The position numbers and the translations under genes are program-made. Source: Antechinus flavipes (taxonomy: Eukaryota). Taken from it: a DNA stretch of 64,000 bases. Shown here one piece after another: positions 36,201 to 48,827 of this stretch; the first letter of the stretch is position 1; every line of letters starts with the position of its first letter. The notes under the pieces are model-generated. The model had not been told where the DNA came from. It saw only the letters and a program-made list of their open reading frames with translations, and did not search any database. The stretch spans positions 613,552,001-613,616,000 of the forward strand of contig NC_067400.1 of the NCBI RefSeq assembly GCF_016432865.1, read 5' to 3'.

Positions 36201-37699
36201 CCCCCAATCGGGTTGTTGGGGCGAGACCCCTCCAAGCTCCTCCTCTTCTTGCGGGGATCACTGCTTCCGAGCCCCTCATCTCTCTGGGCAACTTGGTCTT
36301 CGTAAGAGTTGGTGAAGTGGGGGGCTGTCCCTGAAGTATAAACTCGTTGTCTGGGGACCGGGAAAACTCGGAGCCCCTCCTTTTGTCCCTGGCTGGTCAC
36401 GCTGCTGCCGTGTGTTAGAAGTACTTAGACTTCGGCAGTCTGGCTCCCGGGGGACCTTATAAATAATGCTTCCTGAATGTATAATTGATACCACATCGCC
36501 TCCCTTCTCGAGGGCTGGGGGGAGGGGGCGGGGCGGGAGGGAGAGAGTTTGAAGCCCAGAAGTGTTTAAAAATTGATGTTAAATGTTTTTTAATATAATT
36601 GGGAAATACTGAATGAAATAAATATGTTTTAAAAAGAAATGTTTGTGACCGATTAACAGGACCTCTAATTGCATCAGTGTAGGGATTTTCCAAGTAAGGA
36701 AACTTCCAGTGCAAGTCACCACCTGCTAGGCGTGTCCCTAGAGAGCCAAGGAGGCCAGGGCCTTGCTAGGCTTACCTGGTTACACCTTCTGGACTTCAAA
36801 AGGAAGCTCTGGTCACTAGGGCCTTGTGCCTCATAAGAAAATTCTGTGGATTCTAGAGGTGAAAGACCTGGCTGCTGATCCTAAGTTACTTATTCAGTCA
36901 ACTTCCGATATTCCCATCTGTGAAATGGGAATAATGCAGCCTGTCTATCCCGAAGAATTTGTTGCCAGTAGGGCTACTTTATTACATCAATCTTATTGAA
37001 TATTTACAAAGGTGTTCTAGAAGTTTAAGTTCTAAGCCGGGGCTTAAGAACGCCAAGTACCAAAATCAAAAGTGAGACAGTCCTTCCCTTCGAAGAGCTA
37101 ACTAAAAATTTTGGAAGGAAAAGGGGACACAGCCCAACCACCAATTATTAAGTGCCGGTTATAAGTGATGGGGAGGGGGGCGCTAGGGGTATCGGGAAAG
37201 GCTTCCGGAGGAAGGCCGCCCTCGGGATGAGAGATCTTAATTAACGCTTTCGGGCTCTTTCAGCCTAGCGAGCCCTAGTTAACATTCTCCCATAAACCAG
37301 GACCCTGGGTGCTTTATGTCTTGTGATAGAAAGTGGATAAAACGTCAACTACGATTATTTTGTCTAGAGGCAGAGAAACTAACAGCCTGGCCCACTTCCT
37401 CCGCCCCTCATCCTCCATCGGTCAGGGAAACCCCACTGGAGATAGGTCAACCCTGCCCTCTCAGGGCCCTGCCCATCTGGGAACAGCTGGCTCCAGCTGT
37501 GTTCAGAGCATCCGAAGAATAGCATCCCCGCCTCCAACTCGCCGGGTGGAGGCCCAAACTACAGGGTGGGGGTGAGATAGGGCTCAATCCTTGGGCACTC
37601 CCATCACCCCTGCGATGGGAGGGAGAGAGGTTGGTTGTTCGGGCCGCCTGAGTGCCCAGCGAGGGCCCTTGAAAGGAGGGTGAGTGGGAGAGCGAACAG

Positions 37700-38200
37700 G
37701 ATTGGGAGGCGGGGGCGGGCTCTCGGGTTCCTGGGTCCAGCTCCAGGCTTTTTCTGCCATCTCCTCCTCCTCCTCCTCCCGGCCCCGCCTCCTTCCTCTC
37801 GCCCTCCCCCTCCCCTTTTAAGAGTGGCCCGCTGCTGCCTCTCTTGTCGATCATCCCTAGGGGGGCCACCGCAGGGGATGGCTGCTCAGCGGCTCGGCAA
37901 GCGGGTCCTGAGCAAGCTGCAGTCGCCCTCCCGGGCCGGGGGCAGCCCTGGCAATAGCCCCGGGGGTCTGCAGAAGCGACACGCCCGAGTTACGGTCAAG
38001 TACGACCGGCGGGAGCTCCAACGGCGGCTGGACGTGGAGAAATGGATTGACGGTCGTCTGGAGGAGCTGTACCAGGGCCGGGTGAGGCCGGAGCCCCCGG
38101 GAGGGGGCGGGGTTTCGGATCAGGGGTGTGGAGCCCACTGGGATGGGGAGAAGGATGCGGGGCACCCCAAGCCCGGGGAGGCTGTCGTTTACCTTGCCTT
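37700..38200 (+). promoter_or_regulatory. PPP1R14A promoter / exon-1 CpG-rich region
   Basis: GC box CCCCGCC near 37783, TTTTAAGA TATA-like element near 37816, CpG-rich exon 1. Confidence 0.55.
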
Positions 38201-41200
38201 CCCAGACGCTTTCCAAAGGGCTCTTAATAAGGGCCTTTACAACGTTAGAATGGACTTATCTATGGATCTTCGAAGGTCAGAACCGGAAGGAACTCTGAGA
38301 ATATTGTTAACAGAACCTCGGCCCGCCCGGTCTCCCCCTCCCCCCCATTTGGCAGATAAAGAAACTGAGGCTCAGAGAATCCAAACTTGAACCAGAAGGA
38401 AGGGATTGTCTTCCCCTCTTCACTGTCTATCCGGGGCTGTCCCCTTCAATGTTTTCTCCCTCGAGATTTGCTTTGGTCACTAGGGCCCAGCCTACCCCAC
38501 CCTCCCTTATCTTCTCCCTAGTCATTCCCCCATCATCCATCCATCCCAACACGCCCATCCCATGACTGTGGCCGGGGGCAGGGGAAGACCTGGAGGGGAA
38601 CAGAAATGATGTGGATAAAGTGCTCACATAGACAGGTATCCACACATCCAGTGCCAACGGTAATGGTGGCAGCATGGGCACTGGGTGACACAGACACATC
38701 TGGAGACCTGAACGCACTCACAGGCACCCTGCCCTAAAGAAGTAGCTTCGGATTAACAGAGTAAAACACCCAAAGGCGCAAGGAGGTACATGCACAGGGG
38801 CCCTGGCCCTGAAGGGACGCCCGAAGCACACAAGTTCACCCCTGCGGACCCCCCCACCCCGATCTCTGGTCAGAGGGGACACTACAGCCGGCTTCCTGAT
38901 TCTGGCCAGTCTCCCCAGCCAGCAGGAACCTATGTAAACAACACTTCTTTCTGCCTGGAGCAGGATGAGAATGTTTTGGTGTTTGGGGGAAGGACTGGAA
39001 GATTTCCAGAAGGCAGAACGCTTGATCTCCCAGTCTGATGCAGGGGGAGGGAGGGAAGTAGAGCCAGGAGACTACGATTTCCACCCCCCATCTCTCCTAC
39101 CTCCTGACAGCCCTAGCCTCTCCCTGCTTGCCCCAGCTCCTGTCTTCCTTTCCTGGGGCACAGCTGGGTCCTATCCCTGGAAGCTGGCAGGAGGCCAGAC
39201 CGAAGCCTGGGCAGATAGCCCAAAGCCCAGTGCTAAGAACTGCCAGGTGCCCCCCAATCCTCCTCTCTCTCCAGTAGGGTGATCAGAGACAACAGGGACC
39301 TCTCCTGGAGACAAACAGCATCATCTTGGGCTGGCTGAGAGGTGCCGGAATGACTTCGTGTCACCTCTTGAATTTTTAGGCTGAGTGCCCTCTCTTCCAT
39401 TCCCACTCCCAGAGTCCCAAGGGAACCCAGGCATCCTGGAGCTGTGATCCACAGGAACAGCTTCAGTTCCATTCCACTCTCCCTTCCCCCGCCTCTCTCC
39501 TTCCCCAGCTCAGACTTTTCCATGAAAGGGCAGAGTCAGGGGCCTCTGGCTGGGGACCCAGGAGACTTATCTCTCTCCACCCCCACCCCCAACCTCAAAT
39601 CCGGGCCCCTGGCACTCCCAGGCAGGACTGAGCCTGCTTCCTGGCTGGCTCTGGGATTCCAGCTTGGACATTGTATTCCTCTGCCCCCCCCATCTGCCCT
39701 GCAGACCCCTCTGCCTCCCCCACACACACATTCTTCATTGTGGGAAGTTCCCAGGATGGTCTGGGATCATTTTAACCTCTTCCCACCCTTCCAGGATAAG
39801 TAGGCTCAGAGGAATAGATGTAGGGAGGGTGACTTAGATTTGGGTATGACTGTCCAAGCCCTTCTAAACCCACCCAGCGGGAGCCAGAGCTGTGGGCAGA
39901 GCTAGGGAGCTTCCTGACCAAGAAGATCAAGTTTCTGAAGTGAAAAGCTCTCAGAAGTCGGAAGGAAGCAGCCACAGTCACAGGGAGACCTCGGTGGTGA
40001 TGGTGGGGGGCGGCATTGTGTGTGCTGGGGGGGGGGGGTTGGCACCTCCCCCCCTCAGTGCTTGGCCCAGATGGTCACGCCTGGTAGTACCGTCTCTGCA
40101 TAGCACATGCCTCTGCCTGGAGGGAGAACTGGTCAGCTGGTCATCCCCGCCACCCAGGAAGGAGCCCTGCCGTTTTCTGGGTCCCAGAGGGTCAGGAGGT
40201 GGAAGAGGGAGGGAGAAAAGGAAGAGAAAGGTGAGAGACTTGGGGGATCCCCAAACCCTAACTTACCCCTGACCTCGCAGGAGGAAGACATGCCTGATGA
40301 AGTCAATATTGATGAATTATTGGAACTAGAGAATGAAGAGGAGAGAAGCAGAAAAATTCAGGTGGGCATCTCTTCCCCCATTAAAATGGAAGGTCCTTAA
40401 GAGGAGGGATTGTCTCATTCTGTATCCCTGGTGCTTAGCGCAGTGCCTGGAACTTGATAGGCTGTTAATAAATGTTAGTGATTGACTGCAGAGGGAGCAA
40501 GAGATGGAAAGGGGGCTTTAGCGTCTTGGGGGGCAAGGAGTGAGAAAGAGGGAGATCCCCCCCCCCGGGATAGAGTAAGAGGAGACTACAGGTTAAATGG
40601 CTTTGGGGCTATCTTTATGCTTTCCCCTCACTGTTGGGGAGCTCTTCTACATTCTACTTTCACCTCTAAACAACATGATAAACTTCCATTCCCATCTCTC
40701 TGAGGGGGTCATGAGGGGCTTGGGGGCAGGGTGGAATTATTTGACTGGGGGAGAGGTTAGTGTGTGGATCTCATATTCTTTTTTTTGGGGGGGGGGTCTC
40801 CAGGGAATCTTGAAGTCCTGCAGGAACCCCACAGAGGTAAGCCCTGCCCCTTGTTCTCCAGTGCAGAGAATGAGGCAAGATGGGGCAGGAGATATTCCCT
40901 CCATGGCGGAGGCCTGCCTCCCCCAGCATTGTCCGGGCTGTCTCCTTTTTCCTTTCCCCCTGGTCCCAATCTCCCGCCCCAACCTCCTGTCCTCCCCACC
41001 CCCTCTATTCCCCTGGCAATCTCTCTGTGCCTTTCTCCCACTCCACCCCCTTTCCACAGCCCATCAATCACTGGAGGCTTGGAGGTGGGGGTGGGGTCAA
41101 TTTTCTTTTTGCTTCCCTCCTCCCCTGCCTCGCCCTTTCCTCCAGGATTTTATCAAGGAGCTGGTCCTGAAACTTCGGGGGCTTCACAAACAGCCCGGCC

Positions 41201-41283
41201 TTCCCCGGGGGAGCCCTTCAGATGACTCAGATGGGGGTGGTATGAGTTCAGTCCAAGATCAAGGCAGCCCGGCTCCTCGCTGA
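37878..41283 (+). CDS. PPP1R14A: Protein phosphatase 1 regulatory subunit 14A (CPI-17), 151 aa; 4 exons
   Basis: Exons 37878-38081 (MAAQRLGKRVLSKLQSPSR..RHARVTVKYDRRELQRRLDVEKWIDGRLEELYQGR), 40281-40361 (EEDMPDEVNIDELLELENEEERSRKIQ), 40804-40836 (GILKSCRNPTE), 41146-41283 (DFIKELVLKL..-stop). All phase 0, GT-AG. The RHARVTVKY phospho-Thr motif is intact (T39 here). Confidence 0.97.
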
Positions 41284-44200
41284 CGGCCCTTTTCCCTCTG
41301 ATGCCCTCCAGAGAGATGGTGTATTCCTGTCTCTACGTTCCCCACATCCCTCTGCCCGAGACTATGTTTATAAATTGTATTTTATGTTGTTTTAAAAAGA
41401 AAAATGTGTTTGTGGTTCGGGCTTTGACTCCCCTGAGGTTATTTTATCCTTCCCTCCATTCTCTCTCTCTCTCTGCTTTTTTTTCTCCGTCAGCCCTTCC
41501 ACTCAGCTGTCCCTGGACTAATGGGGACAGATGGAAAATCAATTGAACCCCCACCCCCAGGAGAAGGGAGTATGAGAACAGAGTGCAGCTGGAGTCCCCA
41601 GAGACCCCTCAGGCATCCCTACCTCCCAGCTCCTGGCCTGCGCTCCCTCTGTCTTCTTACTCAGTCCCTCCTCCTTTTCCTTCTTGAAGGATGATCTATC
41701 AAGTTATCCCAGAATCATAGGCTGAGAGTTGGAAAGCCCTCTCTGTTCCCTGCTCTCCCTCTGGGTTTTCCAGCCCAACCTTCTCATTTATTTAATTGCT
41801 AAGGAAACTGAGTGGGAGAGGAAAGGATTTGTTTCCACTTCCTGTTCCCGGTGCCACTGAGAAGTCTCTGGTCAAAATTGGCAAGCTGGAGCTGGGAGCC
41901 CCTAGGTACCCATGGGAGGCGGGGGCACCAGAGCTGCTAGGGCATGGCACCCCCAGCAGGGAGACAGAGCCTAATAAGGCATGCAGATGGATGGAGATGG
42001 AGCTACTTCCCGATGGAGTTGCCCCTGGGAAGCCCTCTGTGCTACTTCTGAACATTTATTCACAAGAGTCACCCTTCACTTCAGGGACAAAGTCCTGCTG
42101 GGGTTATTATCAAACTGGATAAGAATCATGAAGAATGGAGGTGGAGTCAGAGGCTGGGACAGAGAAAATAATAGGCAACTGGTTGTAGGGGACACTGAAA
42201 GGGAAACCAGAGGATATAGGATCTTGAGCACGGAACCTAGAACTAGGGTCTAGAACATGTCCTTCCGCCTTCCTTCTATTGCAATTTCCTCTCCCCCCCT
42301 TTGTTTTTTTTTTAGAGAAGCAGAAACTGAGGCCCGAGGAAATAAAATGATTTGCCCCAAATCACCTAAATAGTACATTTCAGAGAGTAAGAGACCAGCT
42401 CCTGAAGATGGAGGGGAAGGAAAGGGAAGAAAGAAGGAAGAGCTCCCGATTGCCAACACTGGTGACTGAAGGAGGAGCTGTGATGAGGGATGGGGTAGGG
42501 AGGGTCATTGAGGGAAGTGGGACGTGAACTGGGGGTACGGGCAAGAATTTAGGGGGCGAAGGACTCGGATGGTGGCCGAGGTTACCGGGACCAGCCCAAG
42601 GGTGAGAGGGGAAATGGAAATCTCCATTGATACTATCGAGGTTGGGACGGGACGACCTCAAAAGTTCCCCAGACCCACGTCACGAGGTGTCAGAAGAATT
42701 TGCAGGCTTGAACCCATCTCCTAGTCAAGGTGAAAAGTTTTATCGAAAGTTACAGTGTGTACGCCATTTACAAAGCGGGCCAAACTGTGAGAGAATTCAG
42801 TCAAGAAACTGAAGCAAGGAGATACACTCATACCCCTTTCAACTACGCTAATTCCGTGGCTCATACTAGGAACAGGGGTTCTCAGTTGATCAAATTTTTA
42901 CTGACAAACTCCCCAGTCAGCAGGAGTGGCTTATTCACCATGGTCTTAGGAGTGGGGTCTGTGGGGTTTCCTGAGGCCCGAAGCTGTGGGCCAAGGAGCA
43001 GTCAGACATGGGCTGTGGGGGGTCTCCTCAGGCAGATTCCAAAGCCAGAGAATCCAGGACCACGTAGAAGCCCCCCCAAGGTCATGGGGTCACAAAATTA
43101 CATTATATCAATGTGTCTGAGGAGGGGATGGAGAGAAGACTGAGCTTGTGGGAGGGGGAAATAGGAGATGGGGTGAGGGCAGTGAGAAGCCAGAGGGGAT
43201 CACAGAAGGGGAGAGATACTGAGGGAAGGCTTGGGGGCTTATACGCAAGTCAGTGAATTGGGTGGGAAATGGAAGACGGGGATAAATGAATGAGAGTAGG
43301 AACAGGGGAGAGATGAGGAGCAGTGCTTGGAGTGGGAGACATCATCACTGGACACCCAAGGAGGGAAGCCATGGGCGAGGCCTGGGACAGGGAAAGGGGT
43401 TAGGGAAGGAGGCACATTACTTACTAGCTGGAAGAGCAGGGATGAGATATTTCACCTATCTGGACCTGTTTCCTTATCTGCAAAATGAAAGGACCCAATT
43501 AGTCAGCCTGTGATGTCCCCTCCCGGTTCTAGATCTATGCTCCTATAATTCGGAGCCCAGCGTGGACGGCTCCTGGGGCAGAGGAATAGAGATGAGGTCT
43601 GAGAATCAAAGATCTGGGAGAGAGTGATGGGAAATACCCATTGGGAGACAAGGTTGGGAGTAGGAAGGAACTTGTAAGATTGGCAGTAGGAGCCTGGGGA
43701 GGGGGGGAAGGCAAAGAGGGCAGCCATGGAGGGACCCCAGTTGGGGGTTGGGCCATTCCTGCTCCTTGAACCCTTGGGCACACCTCACTATGAGTTTCAG
43801 GAAATGAGGGAGATGAGGAAATTGATGGTGATGAGAGTGGGGGTGACACAACTTTGACTCAGTAATCTTCACCCACAACCTTATCTTACAGCTCTTTAGG
43901 AGAGTTGGGCTTACTCCCCAGCTCCTCCTGGAGTGTCAGGCTATTCCAGGAGAATACACAAAAGCTGAAGTCCCGAGAGAGGACATTTGTTTCAGGTCAC
44001 TTCACGAAGCACTTGTCCCAGCCCCTGAGAGACTGGAAAGTAGATAGGGACAGCCTCTTTTCCTCCTCCCTAGTGAACGATGTATAAGAGCCAGGAAGTC
44101 TGCTCCAGTCTGGGGGTCGGAGGCCAGAAGACATGACATTGTTTTGGGATTAGGGATCTATTCCTGATGTAGAGATCCCCAGAGGTAGAAGTATTGCCTC

Positions 44201-45051
44201 CTCCATCTTCATGTCCCCCGCCTTGGACCAGCCCCTCAGGTTTCCACAAGGACTTTGAAGTTTCCAATATTCTGTACATAACAGTCCTGTAAATCAAGAT
44301 GATCATTCCATTTGTCCAGAAGAGGAAACTGAGGGGCAGGAAAGTGAAAGGTCACTGAGGAAGAAAGAATCTCACACCAGATTTGAACCAGCTCCACCTC
44401 CCAACCCCTCATTCTTCCAACCACACCCTCAAATTACCACACAGGGAGGTGGAAGGGCGGCTATCCACCACTCCTCATCCACTTACATCTTATTAGGGAG
44501 AAGATTTTGCCAGGAACCCAGAAGAAGCAGCCCCTCCTCCATGTCAAACTGGGAGCTGCTCCCACTCTGGGTGGTTTCTCCCTAGCACAAATCGAGCTCA
44601 CTCCATACCATTCCCTCCTGCCCTCCACTTAGGAACGGGGGTCATCTTCTCTTGTGATCTTCCAGATTTCCCTTCCCTTCCTGTCCCCCTGAGTGTCACA
44701 AGAGCCAACAGGCAGTATCTTCTCTGAACACGGCCCCATGCAAAGCAAGCTCAGATGCTCCCCTGTGGCCTCAGAGGCCCTGGCAGGGACGTTGGAGAGC
44801 CCCAGCCTTGCTTGCTGGTAGAGATCCTGTTGGGGTGCAGGAAAGCTGAACCCCCGCTCCAAAATATCGGGCTCTGGGCCAGTGACACAAAGTGTCACAA
44901 AACAATCTGTAGACTTGGATCATCTTCAAATCAAGAAGCAAAAATTTCATCGACCGCCCGGCTAAATTCCAAAATGGAGATAGCAAAGAAGTAACGGGGG
45001 GAGGGGGGATAGAGCACTCATCTTAAAAGGCCGAGTTTTCATGACTACTCT

Positions 45052-45556
45052 TGTTGAGGTCTAGATTTGGGCTACCTAAATGAAATTAGGGTTTAGTTGA
45101 GGTCTAGTGGCAGGTTTGGGGTACAGGGAGTCAAACAGCTCCCCTGCAACCCTCTTGGATTCGGCCCAAGGATACGGTGGTAAATGAGGTCTAGTAGTGA
45201 TGTGAGTCCCCAATAAAAACATTGATTGGCTCGAGAGCTAGACTGGTAAAAGAGATTTATTATTGGGTTTGGAAGTAAGGAGATAGGTGAAGGTAGAGAT
45301 AAGGAGGGCAGTGGACAGAGGGTCCTCATATGGCTAGCATGTTTGAATCTCTGCAAAGAGGGGGTCCCAGCATCTCCCTTTTATAATGGGAGATTTAGCT
45401 TGAGGAGCTTTTGGCTGTAGCCCCAAAGTTGGCTCAGACCTGGGACAGGTCCCGATCTTCTATTGGAATTCAAAGGGACCAGGATTTGTGAGTTAAAGGG
45501 TAATTTACATTAACTAGGAGGGGGTGGGAATCTAGAAAGGAATCTTTCCCACATCA
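45052..45556 (-). mobile_element. Solo ERV LTR, same family as 28119-28637, 505 bp
   Basis: Reverse-complement homology along its length; TG..CA; 4-bp TSD CTCT (45048-45051 / 45557-45560). Confidence 0.85.
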
Positions 45557-47019
45557 CTCTTTGCTCTCAGAAGTCATGACATGCTAATTTTGTGGCTTGG
45601 AGGGGCGAGCTGGGGAGTGGTTAGATTAGCCATTTTACACTGGCCATAAAATGGAAACTAAAACAAGATAATCTAGGGGCAGAGATACAGAATTTTTAGA
45701 TCCACTACTCGGAGTCTGTTCCTAAAGTCATCGCTTTTTACAATTACGTTAATCTCTTCTGGAGTTCTTGGCCAGGTAAACCCCAGACTCCTTGTATTTT
45801 CCCCCCACCTCATTCTGCAGGAGTTAACCTAATTTGTGTAGGAAAGTTTTAGGGAAACTGAGGTGACTATTTCTGAGAGACCCCAGGGCTTGCTCTTTGA
45901 GATCTCACCAGAGGAAACTTTTAAGAGATGGGGCTTCCCCCATCCCACCTGGACCAGTCTTACTTTCTCTTATATTCCATCAGAATACACAGAAGCTTAA
46001 GTCCTGAGAGAGGAAATTTCTTTCAGGTCAGATCATGAGTCACCAGCCCCAGGTAGAGCCCTCCCCAGACCGGTTCTCCTGGCTTCACGGGGGGAGGAGG
46101 AAAGAGGGGAACTATGAGCAAAAGTGTCAGGCTGAGAGAGCCGGGTCTGGCTGGTTAGCTCCCGATGGGAAATCCTATCCTACAATCTGCCTAGGGCAAA
46201 GGATGTGGTTAGATAATCAATGGGAGGAAAACCTTGAAAGCCTGGCCCCAGAATATGCCTTTATATTCCCAAACAGGATGACCCACCTATCAAGAGAGTC
46301 AAGTCTGAATTCTCCTTTAGATAAATAGGGAAGAGTCATTTCATCTCAGCCTGTTTCCTCAACTGTAAATTGGGGATAATAACCCACAAAAGGGTAATCC
46401 ACTTTTAAACCCCACAACTCTAGTTAGTAAAGTTCCAAAAAGAACTCGGCCTCTGGGAGAAAAGTTATTTTGAGTCAAATAAAGGTAACCTCCTTACTGT
46501 GGTGAAACCCAAAGTATCTCTAAGAAATGCCTGTATTTTTGTCGTTAACCTAGGTATTTTTAAAAAGTCACTTCTGACCCTTTGCGATCCCGGTTAGGGA
46601 TTTTCTTCTCCAGTTCCTTTTATAGATGAAGAAACTGAGGCAAACGGGGTTAGTGACTTGCCCGGAGTCACACAGTTTAGTATCTTTGGTAGAAAGGTTA
46701 GGTCGGTCGTTCCCTGTCCCCTGGGCTTCACACCTCCCCATCCCAATGCTCAGGGGGTCAGCTTCAGAGTCCCTTCTGAGAATGAGACCTAAGTTGTAAA
46801 GGGCTTGCAGAAAGAGACTATTTCAGAGCCAAGTATTCAAGGACCCTGGAAGACTCCAGCCCATGTGCTGTTCAACTTTCAAAGCCCAGTTTTTTTAAAT
46901 ACACACACCCATTTTTAAAATTCCATTTTATTTTCAGTTCCAAATTCTCCCTCTCCCTCTCCCTCACCCCGTGAAAAAGCATGAAAAAGAAAACTCATTA
47001 CAAGTATAAAAGTAGAGCA

Positions 47020-47890
47020 CATTTTGTAGCTCTTCTCTTGTATTTTGCAGATTTTTTTTTTTTAAACAAATGGAAGGTTTGTGGCAATCCTGCCTCTAAC
47101 AAATCCTTTCCCCAATAGCATGGGCTCATAGCTTGTCCCTGGATCCCATTTTGCTAATTCTTCCAATATTTAAAAATTTTTCATTATTGATGTTATTTTT
47201 GTGATTGTTTTGGGAAGCCACGAACTGCTTCCATATAAGAAGGCAAACTTAATTGCTAACTGTTGTCTGTGTTGTGGTTTCTTCCATTTCTCTCCCTTCT
47301 CTGGCCTCCCTATTCCCGGATATTAAAATTAGGCCAGTTAAGAGCCCTTCAATGGTCCTGAAGTGTTCAAGTGAACACTCAATACGGCAAAGTTCATTGT
47401 TTTATTTTAACAAAGTGTTGTAGCCACCCCAATCTTCAGCACCTACCTCCCTAAGCGGGCAGGCTTTATCACTGGGGCTTCCACGAGATTATGACTCACT
47501 GAAGGCTCAGATGATGGTCAGCGTTTCTTTTCTTTTCTTTTTTAGGAATAAATTATTTTAAAATTAAGGTATGTCGGTTGCTTTTTTAGACATGATATTA
47601 TTGCATATTTCATAGACTACAGAATAGTGTAAATAGGGGGCAGCTAGGTGGGGCAGTGGATAAAGCACCAGACCTGAAATCAGGAGGATCTGAGTTCAAA
47701 TCTACCCTCAGACACTTAGCTGTGTGACCCTGGGCAAGTCACTTCACCCCAATTGCCTCAGCCCAAAAAAAAAAAAAAATAGAGTAAATATAACATATAT
47801 GCACTTGGAAACAAAGAAAACCCTTATGACTTGTTTTACTCTGATATTCACCTTATTGTGGTTAAACCCCAAATTTCTCTAAGAAATGCC
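47020..47890 (+). mobile_element. Internally deleted Tigger1-like DNA transposon
   Basis: acaaatggaaggtttgtggcaatcctgc..ccatataagaaggcaaacttaat..aaaattaggcca..aagtgttcaagtga; 3' part gactcactgaaggctcagatgat..atagactacag..tatgcctgta-like end. Confidence 0.8.
47636..47779 (+). mobile_element. WSINE1-type SINE with poly(A) tail and ~13-bp TSD, nested in Tigger1
   Basis: ggggcagctaggtggggcagtggata..tctgagttcaaatct..gtgaccctgggcaagtcactt..A15; TSD aatagtgtaaata (47623-47635) / aatagagtaaata (47778-47790). Confidence 0.85.
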
Positions 47891-47899
47891 TGTATTTTT

Positions 47900-48152
47900 G
47901 TCGTTAGCCTGGGTATTTTTCAAAAGTCACATCTGACCCTTTGAGATCCCAGTTGGGGATTTTCTTCATGGAGATTCTGCAGTGGTTTGCCATTTCCTTC
48001 TCCAGTTCCTTTTATAGATGAGGAAACTGAGGCAAAAGGGGTTAGTGACTTGCCCAGAGTCACACAGCTTAGTATCTGAACTCAGATTTGCCTTTGGGAA
48101 GAAGAGTGGTTCCTGACTCCAAAGCCACGCGCCCACTGCGCCACCTAGCTGC
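47900..48152 (-). mobile_element. MAR1 CORE-SINE
   Basis: gtggtttgccatttccttctccag..tagatgaggaaactgaggca..tgacttgcccagagtcacacag..ccactgcgccacctagctgc. Confidence 0.8.
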
Positions 48153-48154
48153 TT

Positions 48155-48620
48155 GTATGTCATCGAGCAAAACAAATTTCTGCCTTAGACATGCTCCCCC
48201 TCTCCCCCAAACAAAACCCCAAACCACAGACACAGAGAAAACAGTCTGATTCGCCTTCTGAGTCCACCCGCTCTCTCCAGAGATGATAGCGTGTCGCAAC
48301 ATGAGCCCAATGGGGTTTTAATGGGTGTTTGTCAAATTTAGCAAATCTTCTATAGTTGTTCATCTTTCTAATGTTGCTTTGTAGTCGTTCTGGTTCTGCT
48401 CACTCCGTTTTGCGTCGGGCCCCCACAAAGCTACCCAGTTTCTCTGGAAACTTTCCTGTCCTTATTTTGTACTGCACAACGCCTTCCATCATCATAACCA
48501 TATCCTTTCCAGCCATTCCCAACGGATGGTAGCCCTCGGTTTCTAATTCCTTTGCCACCACAGAAAGAGCTGCTACAAACATGGGGTCTTTCTCCTCTCT
48601 CGGGTCACTTTGGGGATATT
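48155..48620 (-). mobile_element. Old marsupial L1 3' fragment (continuing 46890-47020)
   Basis: Reverse-strand ORF2-end relic (MFVAALSVVAKELET) plus 3' UTR agcaaaacaaattt. Confidence 0.65.
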
Positions 48621-48827
48621 GAGTCAAGAGGCGTGCAGAGTTTCAAATGGTCAAAATCTGTGTCTAAAACGGGCTCCAGAATTTGTGCAGTTTGTGCAAT
48701 TGGAGGTGGGAGCTTAGTCTTTAGCTAGTCTTTGGGGGGCTCCAAAGGCCCATGTTCGAGACAATCAGGGCCTTGATGTCCACTGGCTTCCTTCTCTGAA
48801 CGCCTTTTAGGCAAAAGCCTTCTAAAT

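Noticed and set aside
36428-36450. cttcggcag resembling the U6 snRNA 5' end
   Set aside because: Only 9 nt match; the rest of U6 is absent.
36682-36691. GGGATTTTCC NF-kB consensus between SPINT2 and PPP1R14A
   Set aside because: A single degenerate 10-mer is expected by chance in 64 kb; no supporting cluster.
41284-42350. PPP1R14A poly(A) signal
   Set aside because: No canonical AATAAA until 42341 (inside a SINE-like segment); only variant hexamers near 41370-41405, so I did not call a site.
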